Part shown: positions 24,341-37,465 of the stretch, in pieces
How the letters are laid out: the number at the start of each line of letters is the position of its first letter
Position numbering within the stretch: position 1 is the stretch's first letter
Source: Squalus acanthias
Lineage: Eukaryota
NCBI GenBank assembly: GCA_030390025.1
Contig: CM059433.1
Coordinates: 3,038,001 to 3,102,000, forward strand
DNA: 64,000 bases
Direction of reading: 5' to 3'
Made by a program: the position numbers and the translations under genes
Notes under the pieces: generated by a model
What the model was told of the DNA's origin: nothing
Databases searched by the model: none
Seen by the model: only the letters and a program-made list of their open reading frames with translations

Positions 24341-25692
24341 AGAAATGCCACAAAATTCAAGTAATTATGGGGCTTTTATACTTAGCTGGTTCTAGTTTTG
24401 TGAAGAGGGCCAAAAGTAGATTAAGTAATTGCCAAGATCACAGATGTAAATCCCACTGAGACCAAGTTCCTAAAAGAGGAATAGGACACCATCCCCCACT
24501 GGCAGATCTAAAATTCTGACAGCCCATTGACCATCTCCTCCTCTTAACCCTACATCTAATGTCCAGGAATCCAAAGTAGAGAAGAAATTGACCTAGTAAT
24601 AATATTCTTCTGCTTTCCTCAGGAGATTACATTGGTGAGGTGGTCGCCATGAGAAAGTGGATTATAGATGATATGTGGAAGAAGCAGGTTTGGACTGGCC
24701 AGATTGCCCTTTCCTTATTCATTGCTTTCTTAAGTTCTTATAATTTGGAAAATATTAATCACAGAATAACACCAATAAACCAGTGTTTATTTTTACTGTG
24801 TTGATAGCTTGTCTACTTTGGGCAGCTTGAATTGTTTCTGATATTCTAATTGTGTTGGGCATTAGACTGAAGGCCACCACCCAACTCCACCATCTTTCAC
24901 CACCTGACAGCTAGCTGATCCTTGGTTACTCCAAACCTGATGTAAAAGTACTTTATAATTAGAGAGATGGTGCCTGACATTCTCAAGTCCTAACCTTAAA
25001 TGTTTTCACAATTGGATACTCTGGCCTTATTTTCTTTACATAAAAACACACTGAAAAATCAATTAACTGTAATACCGTTGAAAGAGTCGTACTTCAAATT
25101 TGGCTGGGACTGCAAACAAATTACCAGATTACCAGCCTGAATCCAATATGTGGTAAACTATTTTCACACTTTTAAGCCTTAATAATTTATTATCAGTAAA
25201 AATACTCTTGTTAAATATTTTACAACATTGTTCCTGTCCTTGCTAGCCTCTATCTCATGCATATTCTATATCTATTAGTTGGGAACTGCCATCAAATTAC
25301 TTTTTACATAAAAAATTAATAGAGAGTTATGTTTTATCTGTTCTTATGAAACCTCTGCTATAGGAATTTTAAACAGCAAATCACTGCAAATATAATAACT
25401 GTCAGCATACTTATAAGAAATACAGACAGGGTTGATGCATCAAGCTGCTAGCTGTAAATGGCACCACTGGTAATTATTGGGCATACAATGCAATCTTCAA
25501 TCCTTCTCTTTTGTTAGTTCCTTTTTTCTTTTTTAGGTCCCTCATGCCACATTACCTTTCTCTGGCAGAAACTGCAAGCTGATATTCTATTCTCACATCC
25601 TGTTGATCCTCCTCACATTACTCAAAAACTGATAACCCGAAGATGCACAAAGATGAATCAGTGACTTTGCCTCATTTTGTTTTCCTCCTTTA

Positions 25693-26917
25693 GTGCCGGC
25701 CGTGGCTCTGTGGGTAGCACACTCGCCTCTGAGTCAGAAGGTCGTGGGTTCAAGCCCCACTCCAGGGACTTGAGCAGAAAAATCCAGGCTGACACTCCAC
25801 TGCAGTGCTGAGGGAGTGCCGCACTGTCAGAGGGTCAGTGCTGAGGGAGCGCTGCACTGTCGGAGGGGCAGTACTGAGAGAGTGCTGCACTGTCGGAGGG
25901 GCAGTACTGAGGGAGTGCCGCACTGTCGGAGGGTCAGTACTGAGGGAGTGCCGCACTGTCGGAGGGTCAGTACTGAGGGAGTGCCGCACTGTCGGAGGGT
26001 CAGTGCTGAGGGAGTGCCGCACTGTCGGAGGGTCAGTGCTGAGGGAGTGCCGCACTGTCGGAGGGTCAGTACTGAGGGAGTGCTGCACTGTCGGAGGGTC
26101 AGTGCTGAGGGAGTGCCGCACTGTCGGAGGGTCAGTGCTGAGGGAGTGCCGCACTGTCGGAGGGTCAGTGCTGAGGGAGTGCCGCACTGTCGGAGGGTCA
26201 GTGCTGAGGGAGTGCCTCACTGTCGGAGGGGCAGTACTGAGGGAGCTCTGCACTGTCGGAGGGTCAGTGCTGAGGGAGTGCCGCACTGTCGGAGGGTCAG
26301 TGCTGAGGGAGTGCCGCACTGTCGGAGGGTCAGTGCTGAGGGAGTGCCACACTGTCGGAGGGTCAGTGCTGAGGGAGTGCCACACTGTCGGAGGGGCAGT
26401 ACTGAGGGAGCTCTGCACTGTCGGAGGGTCAGTGCTGAAGGAGTGCTGCACTGTCAGAGGCTCAGTGCTGAGGGAGTGCCGCACTGTCAGAGGGCCAGTG
26501 CTGAGGGAGTGCTGCACTGTCGGAGGGTCAATGCTGAGGGAGCGCCGTACTGTCGGAGGGTCAGTGCTGAGGGAGTGCTGCACTGTCGGAGGTGCCGTCT
26601 TTCGTATGAGACGTTAAACCGAGGTCCCGTCTGCTCTCTCAGGTGGACGTAAAAGATTCCATGGCACTATTTCGAAGAAGAGCAGGGGAGTTCTCCCCGG
26701 TGTCCTGGCCAATATTTCTCCCTCAACCAACATAACAAAAACAGATTATCTGGTCATTATCACATTGCTGTTTGTGGGAGCTTGCTGTTCGCAAATTAGC
26801 TGCCGTATTTCCAAAATTATAACATTGACTACACTCCAAAAGTACTTCATTGGCTGTAAAGTGCTTTGAGACGTCCGGTGGTCATGAAAGGCACTATATA
26901 AATGCAAGTCTTTCTTT
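25693..26917 (+). mobile_element. SacSINE1/DeuSINE-type SINE expanded by an internal minisatellite
   Basis: Intact head 25693-25800, Deu domain and tail 26590-26917. Confidence 0.93.
25803..26592. repeat. 33-bp minisatellite (CAGTGCTGAGGGAGTGCCGCACTGTCGGAGGGT), ~24 copies
   Basis: Direct read; 11-aa periodicity in the overlapping ORFs; the unit is single-copy in the other SINEs. Confidence 0.97.
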
Positions 26918-27107
26918 TAGTGTGGATCTCTGCTCAGTGCCTTGGTGCTGACCGTCACCATGTGGCTAGAAATCAGGTTGCAGACAGTGTAAACTAAATG
27001 CATTCAAGAGACATTTGGATGTGCTTCTGGGTGGATTTAGGGTTATGATGAGAACACAGATTGATGAGATTGATCTATGAAAAAGATATGGGCTTGTTTG
27101 GGCTTAA

Positions 27108-27965
27108 TGGCCCTGAAAATCCACAGGTCGACCCCTGTGTAGGCTGCGGGGGAGCGGGTGCTGGTGATCTGTACTGTCCGAACCCACCAGAGTATCTGAG
27201 GTCAGTGGGTGGTCATCTCATTTAGATAGCATTGGCAGGTGCCCTCACCATGATGGGTGCATCTTGGTTGAGAAGAATACTGCTGTGAGGATTTTTAGAG
27301 AGTCCAGCCCAGGGCCCCAGGTGGCCCTACATCATTGAGCTGACCTGTATGCTGGGCACGTCACCTCGTCTAGGTCACTTGGTGTTCGGGAGGCTGAGGC
27401 CCCAATAATCTGTTCCTCCAGTCTCCAGAGGGGCCCAAAGATCTGGATGAGTGAAGTTCTGTGTTCTTCTTCTCTGACTAGGTGCAATGCTTGCTACCTT
27501 CTTGGTACTGATGTTGTCATCCCACTTGAAAAGTATTCTAGGAAAAATATTGATAAGACATGCAATGAAGTTACGTGGGAGGGAAGTAAGAGAGCTGAGC
27601 ACTGCTCTTTTCTTACCTGGTCGTCCCCCAGTTTGGTGCTGAAGTATGCAGGTTGAACAGTGTTCTTAAAGACTGCACATGTTTCCACTGAAGTTCAGCT
27701 ACTTTTACTCGTTGTACATAGGTTTTGCACCAATGGGAATGCAAATGAGCAGACACAGTAAACCCAGGTGTAGTTCTCTCTGCAACATTTGTTTTGCAGG
27801 TGCGACAATGACATACCTCATCCTGGAAGCAGCCTGATGCATAGGAATTGAGGGCGATGCTGATTTGACGGCCACTGGCACAGTGCCCTACAGATGTGAC
27901 ATGCTGTGTGGTGGTCTTCCTGTAGGAGATGGCACAGTTTCATCCATAAGACCCTGCAAAGCCTA
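27108..27965 (-). mobile_element. Decayed Harbinger element with transposase remnant
   Basis: GGCCCTGAAAATCC left terminus; minus 27825-27965 reads KLCHLLQED..PVAVK/SIALNSYASGCFQ (HARBI1-type). Confidence 0.65.
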
Positions 27966-27966
27966 A

Positions 27967-28290
27967 GGGGGCGAAATTCCCCTCGTTTGCACCTCCGGTG
28001 GGAGGCATTAACGGGGCACAAATGGCTTTTCGCTCCCCCCCCCACCCCCGAAGGCGATAACCGCGCCTCCTGGTAAATTCCGCGGGAGGTTAGCGGCAGC
28101 GCTACCGGGTATCGCCCCGATCTTCTGCGCCCGGAGATCATGATGTCATCTCCGGGCGCAGCGCCCCGGTAGCGCCTCGGGATAAAAATTCCCCCTCGCG
28201 CCCCGCAGCAGCGCCGGGCGATGTTACCGACTGCCGCGGGGGTCGCGAACAGCGAGGCCGGTCGCTCGCGGGGCGCAACTTAAAGGCATC
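27967..28290. mobile_element. Truncated GC-rich Harbinger-type MITE
   Basis: GGGGCGAAATTCC terminus; GTTAGCGGC..CGCTACCGG and ATGATGTCATC motifs shared with family A. Confidence 0.65.
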
Positions 28291-29409
28291 TTGCAATACA
28301 AATGATAGCATTTAGCATATCAGCAATCTCACCACATTATGGAGTAAATATATAACATCTCCAATCCTGGGTTCTTATACTTGATATGTGTTATCAAGTG
28401 TATCTCTGAACATCGAACTGCTTTAATGAATTCCTATGTTTACAGAGCACAATACTGATAGAGAGAGTGCTTTTGCAAAGAAACTACTTTAGCCTCAGGA
28501 GGAAGCATATCTTTATAACCTTTGTTATCAGGGTTTTTCATACCCCAGCATTTCACAGCCACTCAACACTGCATTGGTAACGATCATGCAAGACCTAAAA
28601 ATGACATTTCCCTAAAGGCTGGAGAACAAGACTGCTTTTTGTGTTAACATAACTTTATGAGAGTGCTGCATTGTGAGGAACAAATTGGACATTAAATAAC
28701 AAATGTCAGGGCAACAAGCGACGGCAGTTACAAAATGCGAAGTTAAAACGAAAACTAAACAAATTATTTAATCAATTACAGTGATAATAGAAATATAAAG
28801 GTGGTAAAAACAATTTGGAAAGAGCAAATTTCTCAGCTATTAATCTGGAAAGTGGAATTCAACGGAATGGGAAACACTGAGCCATTTCAGGTATTCTATA
28901 GTGGGATCAGGGTATAATCTATATTATACAAGGGATACAAGACCAATGAAGTGCTGCATTCAGTAGAGTGACTGCGCTGCAGTACATGTCATGTGTTGGT
29001 GATTATTCTGCGGATCCAGCTACATCACTCTTCATTCTGCCCTTCCTCCACTGTCACTGCGTATGATTTCTCACCCTCGCAATGCTAATACCAATATTTT
29101 TTATACCAAACAGATCAATACAAGACGTAACAAACTACTTTTCAAAAAGGAATTATTCCCATAAAACTACTTTTACAGGAATGTGTACCAAAGCTTTTGA
29201 GTTTTTTAATTATTACTTTTACAAGCAATTCTCCTAAGCTCTTTTATTGCATTCTTTTGCCAAAATATGTTAATTGGGTCATTATATTTCACTTTACGAT
29301 CAAAAGATGGACAAACTAGTCCTGGACTCATGTGGTTACCAGGCAACCTCATGCGACATCGCAAACAGGTACTCAAGACCAAGCCCAGCATTCCGGTCAA
29401 GCAGGTTAG

Positions 29410-30200
29410 AAACCTAACTCTGCCCATGTAGGGGAGGGGAGCTGTGCGGGGAACACATCATCTTCGAAGGGAAAGGGAGTTTCGAGATGGGGCAGTAGTC
29501 GGAAAGGATAGATAGGTGTTTTTTTTGGGGGAGGGTGATGATAGCAGTTTTGAAATGGAGCAGGATGATACCTGAGCAAATTAACAAATTTGGCTAGCAT
29601 GGAGGTTAAGAATGGTAGTTGAATGGTTGGGATTTGAGGGGGAGGAGGCGGATCTCGTGGAAGAGATGAGTTCAGAGAGGACGAGGAGAAGAGAGAGAAA
29701 CTGCAGAATGACAGGGTAGTGGAACTGGAGAGGTTGGGAGATAATGAGAGAGGCATGCACGGTCTCAATCTTAGAGAGGTAGTTCTTCACACTTGGTATT
29801 GCAGGTGAGGGTGGAGGAGCAATGAAAAAGGGATTTGAGTTGTGGGGGGGGGGGAACTATGGAAAAATGGAGCGCTGAGTGGTGTTTGGCTTCCAGGATG
29901 ATCCTGGTATAGTAGAAGGATTCGGCTTAGGAGATGAGGCAGGGCAGTGAATGACATGGTCGAACCTTATCTACCAAGGAATGACTAGATCAAGAGAGAA
30001 TCAGGTACACTTGAACTTGTAGCCCTCTGATTTGAGATGAGTGAACATGGTGACTGTACTGGGAGAAAGGCAGGGATGGTAGACAGGGAGTGATTTGGTG
30101 GGAGGATGACATCAAAGGCAAAGGTGAGGGTGAAGACAAACCGGTCAACAGTGACAGACATGTTGTGCCTGGTGGAGGACCAGAGGAGACAGAGTTAGGA
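29410..30200 (-). mobile_element. Old L2 ORF2 fragment
   Basis: Minus strand LSDYCPISKLPFPSK (decayed NYRPISNLPFLSK); collinear with 8960-9420. Confidence 0.7.
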
Positions 30201-30231
30201 GTTCCTCTTCAACATGACCTTCTTTCCTTTG

Positions 30232-31916
30232 GTTCTCACACTCCACCCCGCACAACAGGGTATCACCCCCTCTCTCACTCCACCCCGCACAACAGGGTAT
30301 CACCCCTCTCTCACTCCACCCCGCACAACAGGGTATCAACCCCTCTCTCACTCCACCCCGCACAACAGGGTATCACCCCCTCTCTCACTCCACCCCGCAC
30401 AACAGGGTATCACCCCCTCTCTCACTCCACCCCGCAGAACAGGGTATCACCCCTCTCTCACTCCACCCCGCACAACAGGGTATCAGCCCCTCTCTCACTC
30501 CACCCCGCACAACAGGGTATCACCCCCTCTCTCACTCCACCCCGCAGAACAGGGTATCACCCCTCTCTCACTCCACCCCGCACAACAGGGTATCAACCTC
30601 TCTCTCACTCCATCCCACACAACAGGGTATCACCCCCTCTCTCTCACTCCACCCCACACAACAGGGTAGCACCCCCTCTCTCTCACTCCACCCCGCAAAA
30701 CAGGGTATCACCCCTTCTCTCTCACTCCACCCCACACAACAGGGTATCACCCCCTCTCTCTCACTCCACCCCGCAAAACAGGGTATCACCCCCTCTATCT
30801 CACTGCACCCCCAGAACAAGGAATCACCCCCTCTCTCTCACTCCACCCCGCACAACAGGGTATCACCCCCTCTCTCTCACTCCACCCCGCACAACAGGGT
30901 ATCACCCCCTCTCTCTCACTCCACCTCACACAACAGGGTATCACCCCCTCTATCTCACTCCATCCTGCACAACAGGGTATCACCCCCTCTCTCTCACTCC
31001 ATCCCGCACAACAGGGTATCACCCCCTCTCTCTCACTCCACCCCACACAACAGGGTATCACCCCCTCTCTCTCACTGCACCCCCAGAACAAGGTATCACC
31101 CCCTCTCTCTCACTCCATTACGCACAACAGGGTATCACCCCCTCTCTCTCACTCCACCCCGCAAAACAGGGTATCACCCCCTCTCTCTCACTGCACCCCC
31201 AGAACAAGGTATCACCTCTTCTCTCTCACTCCATCCCGCACAACAGGGTATCACCCCCTCTCTCTCACTCCACCCCACACAACAGGGTATCAACCCCTCT
31301 CTCTCACTCCACCCCGTACAACAGGGTATCACCCCCTCTCTCTCACTGCACCCCCAGAACAAGGTATCACCCCCTCTCTCTCACTCCATCCCGCACAACA
31401 GGGTAGCAGCCCCTCTCTCTCACTGCTCCCGCACAACAGGGTATCACCCCCTCTCTCTCACTCCACCCCGCACAACAGGGTATCACCCCCTCTCTCTCAC
31501 TGCACCCCCAGAACAGGGTATCACCCCCTCTCTCTCACTCCTCCCTGCAAAACAGGGTATCACCCCCTCTCTCTCACTGCACCCCCAGAACAAGGTATCA
31601 CCCCCTCTCTCTCACTCCATCCCGCACAACAGGGTATCACCCACTCTCTCTCACTCCACCCCGTACAACAGGGTATCACCCCCTCTCTCTCACTGCACCT
31701 CACACAACAGGGTATCACCCCCTCTCTCACTCCACCCCATACAACAGGGTATCACCCCCTCTCTCTCACTGCACCCCCAGAACAAGGTATCACCCCCTCT
31801 CACTCCACCCCGTACAACAGGGTATCACCCCCTCTCTCTCACTGCACCCCCAGAATAAGGTATCACCCCCTCTCTCACACTCCACCCCACACAACAGGGT
31901 ATCACCCCCTCTCTCT
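30232..31916. repeat. 36-39-bp C-rich minisatellite (CTCACTCCACCCCGCACAACAGGGTATCACCCCCTCTCT), ~45 copies
   Basis: Direct read; periods of 37 and 36 at 30241-30314 and 39 at 30841-30880. Confidence 0.97.
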
Positions 31917-31949
31917 TTTTCCAACCCAGTTCAACAGAGTCTCGCTGTG

Positions 31950-32006
31950 TCTCATGCTTTGGGATGTTTTACCACATTAAATACGCTATATAAATACAAG
32001 TTGTTG
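31950..32006 (+). mobile_element. L2/SINE 3' tail fragment
   Basis: CTTTGGGATGTTTTACCACATTAAATACGCTATATAAATACAAGTTGTTG matches the L2 tail. Confidence 0.65.
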
Positions 32007-32116
32007 TACTTGCTGTTTGGTGGTATCTAATACTTTGATACTATTCCACAGTTATTTTCACACTTCAATAAACAGCCAAAGTACATTTGTTTTTAATGAA
32101 GTACAATGCAGCACAG

Positions 32117-32885
32117 AAACAACAATAAAAACAACAACAACTTCTATTTATACAGCGCCTTTAATGTAGTAAAACGTCCCAAGGCGCTGCACAGGAGCGA
32201 TTATCAAACAAAACTTGACACCGAGATATTAGGGCAGGTGACCAAAAGCTTGGTCAAAGAGGTAGGTTTTAAGGAGCGTCTTAAAGGAGGAAAGAGAGGT
32301 AGAGAGGCGGAGAGTTTAGGCAGGGAATTCCAGAGCTTAGGGCCCAGGCAACAGAAGGCACGGCCACCAAAGGTTGAGCGATTATAATCAGGGATGCTCA
32401 AGAGGGCAGAATTAGAGGAGCGTAGATATCTCGGGGGGTTGTGGGGCTGAAGGAGATTACAGAGATAGGGAGGGGCGAGGCCATGGAGGGATTTGAAAAC
32501 AAGGATGAGAATTTTGAAATCGAGGCGTTGCTTAACCGGGAGCCAATGTAGGTCAGTGAGCACAGGGGGTGATGGGTGAACGGGACTTGGTGCGAGTTAG
32601 GACACGGGCAGCCGAGTTTTGGATGACCTCAAGTTTACGGAGGATGGAATGTGGGAGGCCAGCCAGGAGTGCGTTGGAATAGTCAATTCTCGAGGTTACA
32701 GAGGCATGGATGAGGGTTTCAGCAGCGGATGAGCTGAGGCAGGGGCGGAGTCAGGCGATGTTACAGAGGCGGAAATAGGCGGTCTTTGTGATGGCGCGGG
32801 CATGTGGTCGGAAACTCTTCCCTGGGTTAAATATCACACCAAGGTGCGAACAGTCTGGTTCAGCCTCAGACAGTTGCCAGGGACA
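32117..32885 (-). mobile_element. L2 LINE 3' fragment
   Basis: LTDLHWLPVKQRLDFKILILVFKSLHGLAPPYL..GGRAF..PKLWNSLP; (CAA)n tail. Confidence 0.95.
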
Positions 32886-33289
32886 GAACAATGGTTTAAT
32901 CATTAAAAATAGCACACAATGAACAAGAAAATAATACAGGAAATTGAATTCTGAGCAAGATGAACTACTACTAGTCTCTAGTGTTTCTGCAGACTTTGCT
33001 TCCCTTATTGATGTAATGCAGCAAGTGGGCAGACAGGCAGCACTTTCTGCAGCAAAGCAAAACGATTGTTAGTCCTTTAACGACACTTCATGTGGCAGAT
33101 GGTACTGCACAGCTCTCTCCCTTCCTCTTCCCTTCAGCCAAGGACAGTTGTCTGTTCAGTCCTTTAACCTCAGTCACTTTTAATTCTGTAGGCACCACAG
33201 GCAAACTAATGCACCACTTTAAGAATGCAGAGAGACTATTTAACAAAGGAAACTAGACAGGCACCTGATGATAATAAGGGTGATAGGCA

Positions 33290-35455
33290 AGTATAAGAGC
33301 ATAAGAATTAGGATAAAAATCAGGAGTCGGCCATACGGCCCCTCAATAAGATCATGGCTGAACTTTGACCTCAACTCCACTTTCCCGCCCGATCCCCATA
33401 TCCCTCGATTCCCTTAGTGCCCAAAAATCTATTGATCTCAGCCTTGAATATGCTCAACGACTGAGCCTCCACAGCCCTCTGGGGTAGAGAATTCCAAAGA
33501 TTCACCACCCTCTGAGTGAAGAAGTTTCTCCTCATTTCAGTCCTAAATGACCGACCCCTTATCCTGAGACTATGACTCCTAGTTCTGGACTCTCCAGCCA
33601 GGGGAAACAGCCTCTTAGCATCTACCCTGTCAAGCGCTCTAAGAATGTTATACATTTCAATGAGATCGCCTCTCATTCTTCTAAACTCCAGAGAATATAG
33701 GCCCATTCTACTCAATCTCTTCTCATAGGACAGCCCTCTCATCGCAGGGATCAATCTAGTGACCCTTCGTTGCACCGCATCCAAGGCATGTATATCCTTC
33801 CTTAGATAAAGAGATCAAAACTGTACACAGTACTCCAGGTGTGGCCTCACCAAAGCCCCATATAATTGCAGCAAGACTTCCTTAGGCTTATACTCCCTTG
33901 CAATAAAGGCTAACATACCATTTGCCTTCCTAATTGCTTGATGTACCTGCATGTTAACTTTCTGTGATTCGTGTACAAGGACCCACAAATCCTTCTGAAT
34001 ATCAACATTTACTAGTCTCTCACCTTCTAAAAAATATTCTGCTTTACCATTCTTCCTACCAAAGTGGATAATTTCACATTTCCCCACATTATAATCCATC
34101 TGCCACTTTCTTGTCCAATCACTTAACCGGTCTATATCCCTTTGCAGGCTCTTTACATCCGCCTCCCTTTTTATTTTCCCACCTAGCTTTGTATCATCAG
34201 CAAACATGGATATATTACACTCGGTCCCCTCACCTAAGATTGCAAATAGCTGAGGCCCAAGCACTGATCCTTGCGGCACTCTACTAGTTACACCCTGCCA
34301 TCCCAAAAATGACCTATTTATTCCTGCTCTCTGTTTTCTGCCTGTTAACCAATCCTCAATCAATGCTAATATATTACCCCCAATTCCATGAGCCCTAATC
34401 TTGTGTAACAACCTTCTGTGTGGCACCTTTTTGAATGCCTTCTGAAAATCCAAATACACTACATCCACTGGTTTACCCTTATCTACCCTACTAATTGCAC
34501 CCTCAAAAAACTCTAATAGATTTGTCAAACACGATTTCCTTTTCATAAAACTGTGTTGACTCTATCTAATCATGTTGCGATTTTCCAAGTGCCTTGTTAC
34601 CACATCCTTAATAATAGATTGTAATATTTTTCCTACTATTGATGTCAGGCTAACTGGCCTATAGTTCCCCATTTTCTCTCTCCCTCTTTTCTTAAACAGC
34701 AGGATTACATTTGCTACCTTCCAATCCATGGGGACCATTCTAGAATCTATGGAATTTTGGAAGATCAAAACCAATGCATCCACTATCTCTGCAGCCACCT
34801 CTTTTAAACTTCTAGGGTGTAGGCCATCAGGTCCACAGGATTTTTCAGCTTTTGGTCCCATTAATTATTCCAGTATTTTTTCTTTACTAATATTAATTAC
34901 TTTAAGTTACTCACTCTCATTAGACCCTTGGTTCCCCACAATTTCCAGTATGTTCTATGTGTCCTCTACTGTGAAGACATACACAAATATTTGTTCAGCG
35001 TCTCTGCCATTTCCTTATTCCCCATTATAATTTCTCCTGTCTCTGCCTCCCACATTTACTTTCACTAATCTCTTCCCTTTTACATACTTGTAGAAGTTCT
35101 TACAATGTGTTTTTATATTTCTTGCTAGTTTACTCTCATGTTCTATTTTCTCCTTCTTTATCAATGTCTTGGTCCTCCTTTGCTGGTTTTTAAAACCCTC
35201 CCAATCCTCAGGCTTACTACTATTCTTCTCAACATTATAAGCTTCTTATTTTAATCTACTACTATCCTTAACTTCTCTAGTTATCCATGATTGTACCACG
35301 TTTCCAGTGGAGTTCTTATTCCTCAAAGGAATGTATATTCGTTGAGAATTATGAATTATTTATTTAAATGTTTGTCATTGCTTATCTGCCGTCATATCTT
35401 TTAATCTATTTTCCCAATCTACTTCAGCCAATTCATCCCTCATACCTCCATAATA
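33290..35455 (-). mobile_element. CR1 LINE, ~2.1-kb 3' fragment with RT domain
   Basis: ORFs 34562-34861, 33815-34546 (YLDFQKAF, VPQGSVLGP, FADDTKL) and 33371-33784. Confidence 0.96.
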
Positions 35456-36780
35456 CGTCTACGGGATTAACTGGGCTGCCACAGGCACAAGGCTAAAACC
35501 ATTCATGCCCGTGGTATAAATAATAAATACCTTTATGTAGGAAAAGCTGGGTTATAATAGAAAAGAGGCAACAACATCCATTAGCCTCCTATGAGAAGAC
35601 GATAATTGACATTGCAGGTCCTGGATGCAGTGGGATACAGTGGGAGAACAGCACAGAGCCTCTCGAGCTGGACCATTTGAGAAACATTGTTGAGCACCAG
35701 TCGTTTTCATTGTAAACACTGTTCGAGCTGCAGCTAACACATATTCTGTGTTTTTGTTTCCCTCCACAGAGATGATGGAACTCAAGGAATATGTGACAAG
35801 ACCTTCCAATGCCAAGGCAGCATCAGATCACCGAGCAAATATGTTACACCCGGCAAGCATCAATACAGAGACACACATCCTGGAGTCTCTAGATAGTAAT
35901 ACTGACATGGGATGATCGGGTACTCCACCATGCATAGCTGATGAAGTGGAAGTGTTGGATGTCTGTTAGTGCCAGCTCTCATGATTCAAAGGCAGCATAG
36001 AGTGACTAACAGAGCAGAGAAGCTTTAGAATTCAGACCCCATGGGGCCCTCTTTGAAATGGCCGATGATATGGCAGACCAACTAGTCATTTGATACTGTA
36101 CCCCAAATATCAAGAGCTCGTCTAGGCAATGTGGAGGAGTCTGACACTCAGATCTGTGCCGCCTCATTCAATTCCATTGTAATTCCTCTATTAAGGGCCA
36201 TGTTGTGAGGCTTGCGGCAGACTCCAATTACTTTGCCAATTCTTTCTGGGATGGACTGAAGGTCCCCTCCCCTCCCTGCCTCAACATGGAGTAGTTCAAG
36301 CATCAAAAATGCTACTTGAACAGTCTAAAGGCCTGTCTGATGACTCTGTTATGAGCTTCGCCTTGGCTAGGCTCTGGAGATTGTGCAGAAGTGTGAAGAG
36401 CCAATGTTGTAGTAGGTAAGCCACATCTTACAGGAGCCGCCCATCAAACCTCAGTTCTCCCTCAGTGAGTCACCGCAAACACGATTGAATGCAGAATGAA
36501 TGCATTGTGTGAACTCCCTTGAACTCTAGCATTCACCTGTAAGATTTGAATATGAACATCGCACACCAGGTGAATATTCATGGAAAAGTATCACTTTCTG
36601 TTCATGCATGGCACAGCATGGTGCACAGCCACATGGTGGCTACATGAGTTCAGCTGATCATATCCTCTGTCTTGGGAAAGGCACTATTAACAAAAAAAGG
36701 CCGTCTTTTCTGCTGCTTCTACAAAGGGAATTGGAAGTAGGTGGCTGTACTTGGAAGAAAAACGAACACCTGCAACATTG

Positions 36781-37465
36781 AGGGTATACCTATCAGGAAA
36801 GGATGAACAGGCTGGGGCTCTTTTCTCTTGAAAAAGGAAGGCTGTGGGGTGACCTGATAGAGGTCTTGAAAAATTATGAAAAATGTTGATAGTGTGGCGG
36901 ATCGCATAATCCACTCTTCCGTCTGTGGACAAATTTCCAGCACCTTCCCCTTTAAGGCACATTACCTTTAAGGCAGAAGGGGGCGGGGCCTCAGGTTTCA
37001 CCCAGAGAATTCTGGGAGCTTTTCAGTCTGACATTTTGTGTGCCATGCTGTGATTAAAATGTCTCTTGTTTAACACAAATGGATTCAGCCTTAATTCGTG
37101 TTTCGCGGCAGCCTCAACAATAGAGTGGATACAGAGAGAATGTTTCCACTTGTGGGGAAGAGCATAACTAGAGGCCATCAATATAAGATAGTCACCAAGA
37201 AATCCAATAGGGAATTCAGAAGAAACTTCTTTACCCAGAGAGTGGTGAGAATGTGGAACTTGCTACCACAGGGAATGGTTGAAGCGAATAGTATGGATGC
37301 ATTTAAGGGGCGGCTAGACAAGCATATGAGGGAGAAGGGAATAGAAGGTTATGCTGATAGATTTAGATGAGGAAAGACAGGAGGAGGCTCGAGTGGAGCA
37401 TAAACGCCGGCATGGACTGGTTGGGCCAAATGGCCTGTTTCTGTGCCGTATATCCTATGTAATCC
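36781..37465 (+). mobile_element. CR1 3' fragment containing a solo LTR
   Basis: GYTYQERMNRLGLFSLEK..GDLIEV, then RVDTERMFPL..RRNFFTQRVVRMWN; tail at ~37450. Confidence 0.92.
36893..37119 (+). mobile_element. Short solo LTR (227 bp)
   Basis: TG..CA ends with a perfect ATAG TSD (36889-92, 37120-23) inside CR1 TGATAGAGTGGAT; ATTAAA at ~37053. Confidence 0.8.

Noticed and set aside
25750..26652. CRISPR-like array or 270-278-aa repeat proteins
   Set aside because: Head-to-tail 33-bp units with no unique spacers and no cas genes; derived from a SINE segment. The ORFs exist only because the unit is a stop-free multiple of 3.
30090..31406. 438-aa mucin/extensin-like ORF
   Set aside because: Translation of a 36-39-bp minisatellite whose frame drifts between units; starts in antisense L2 sequence.
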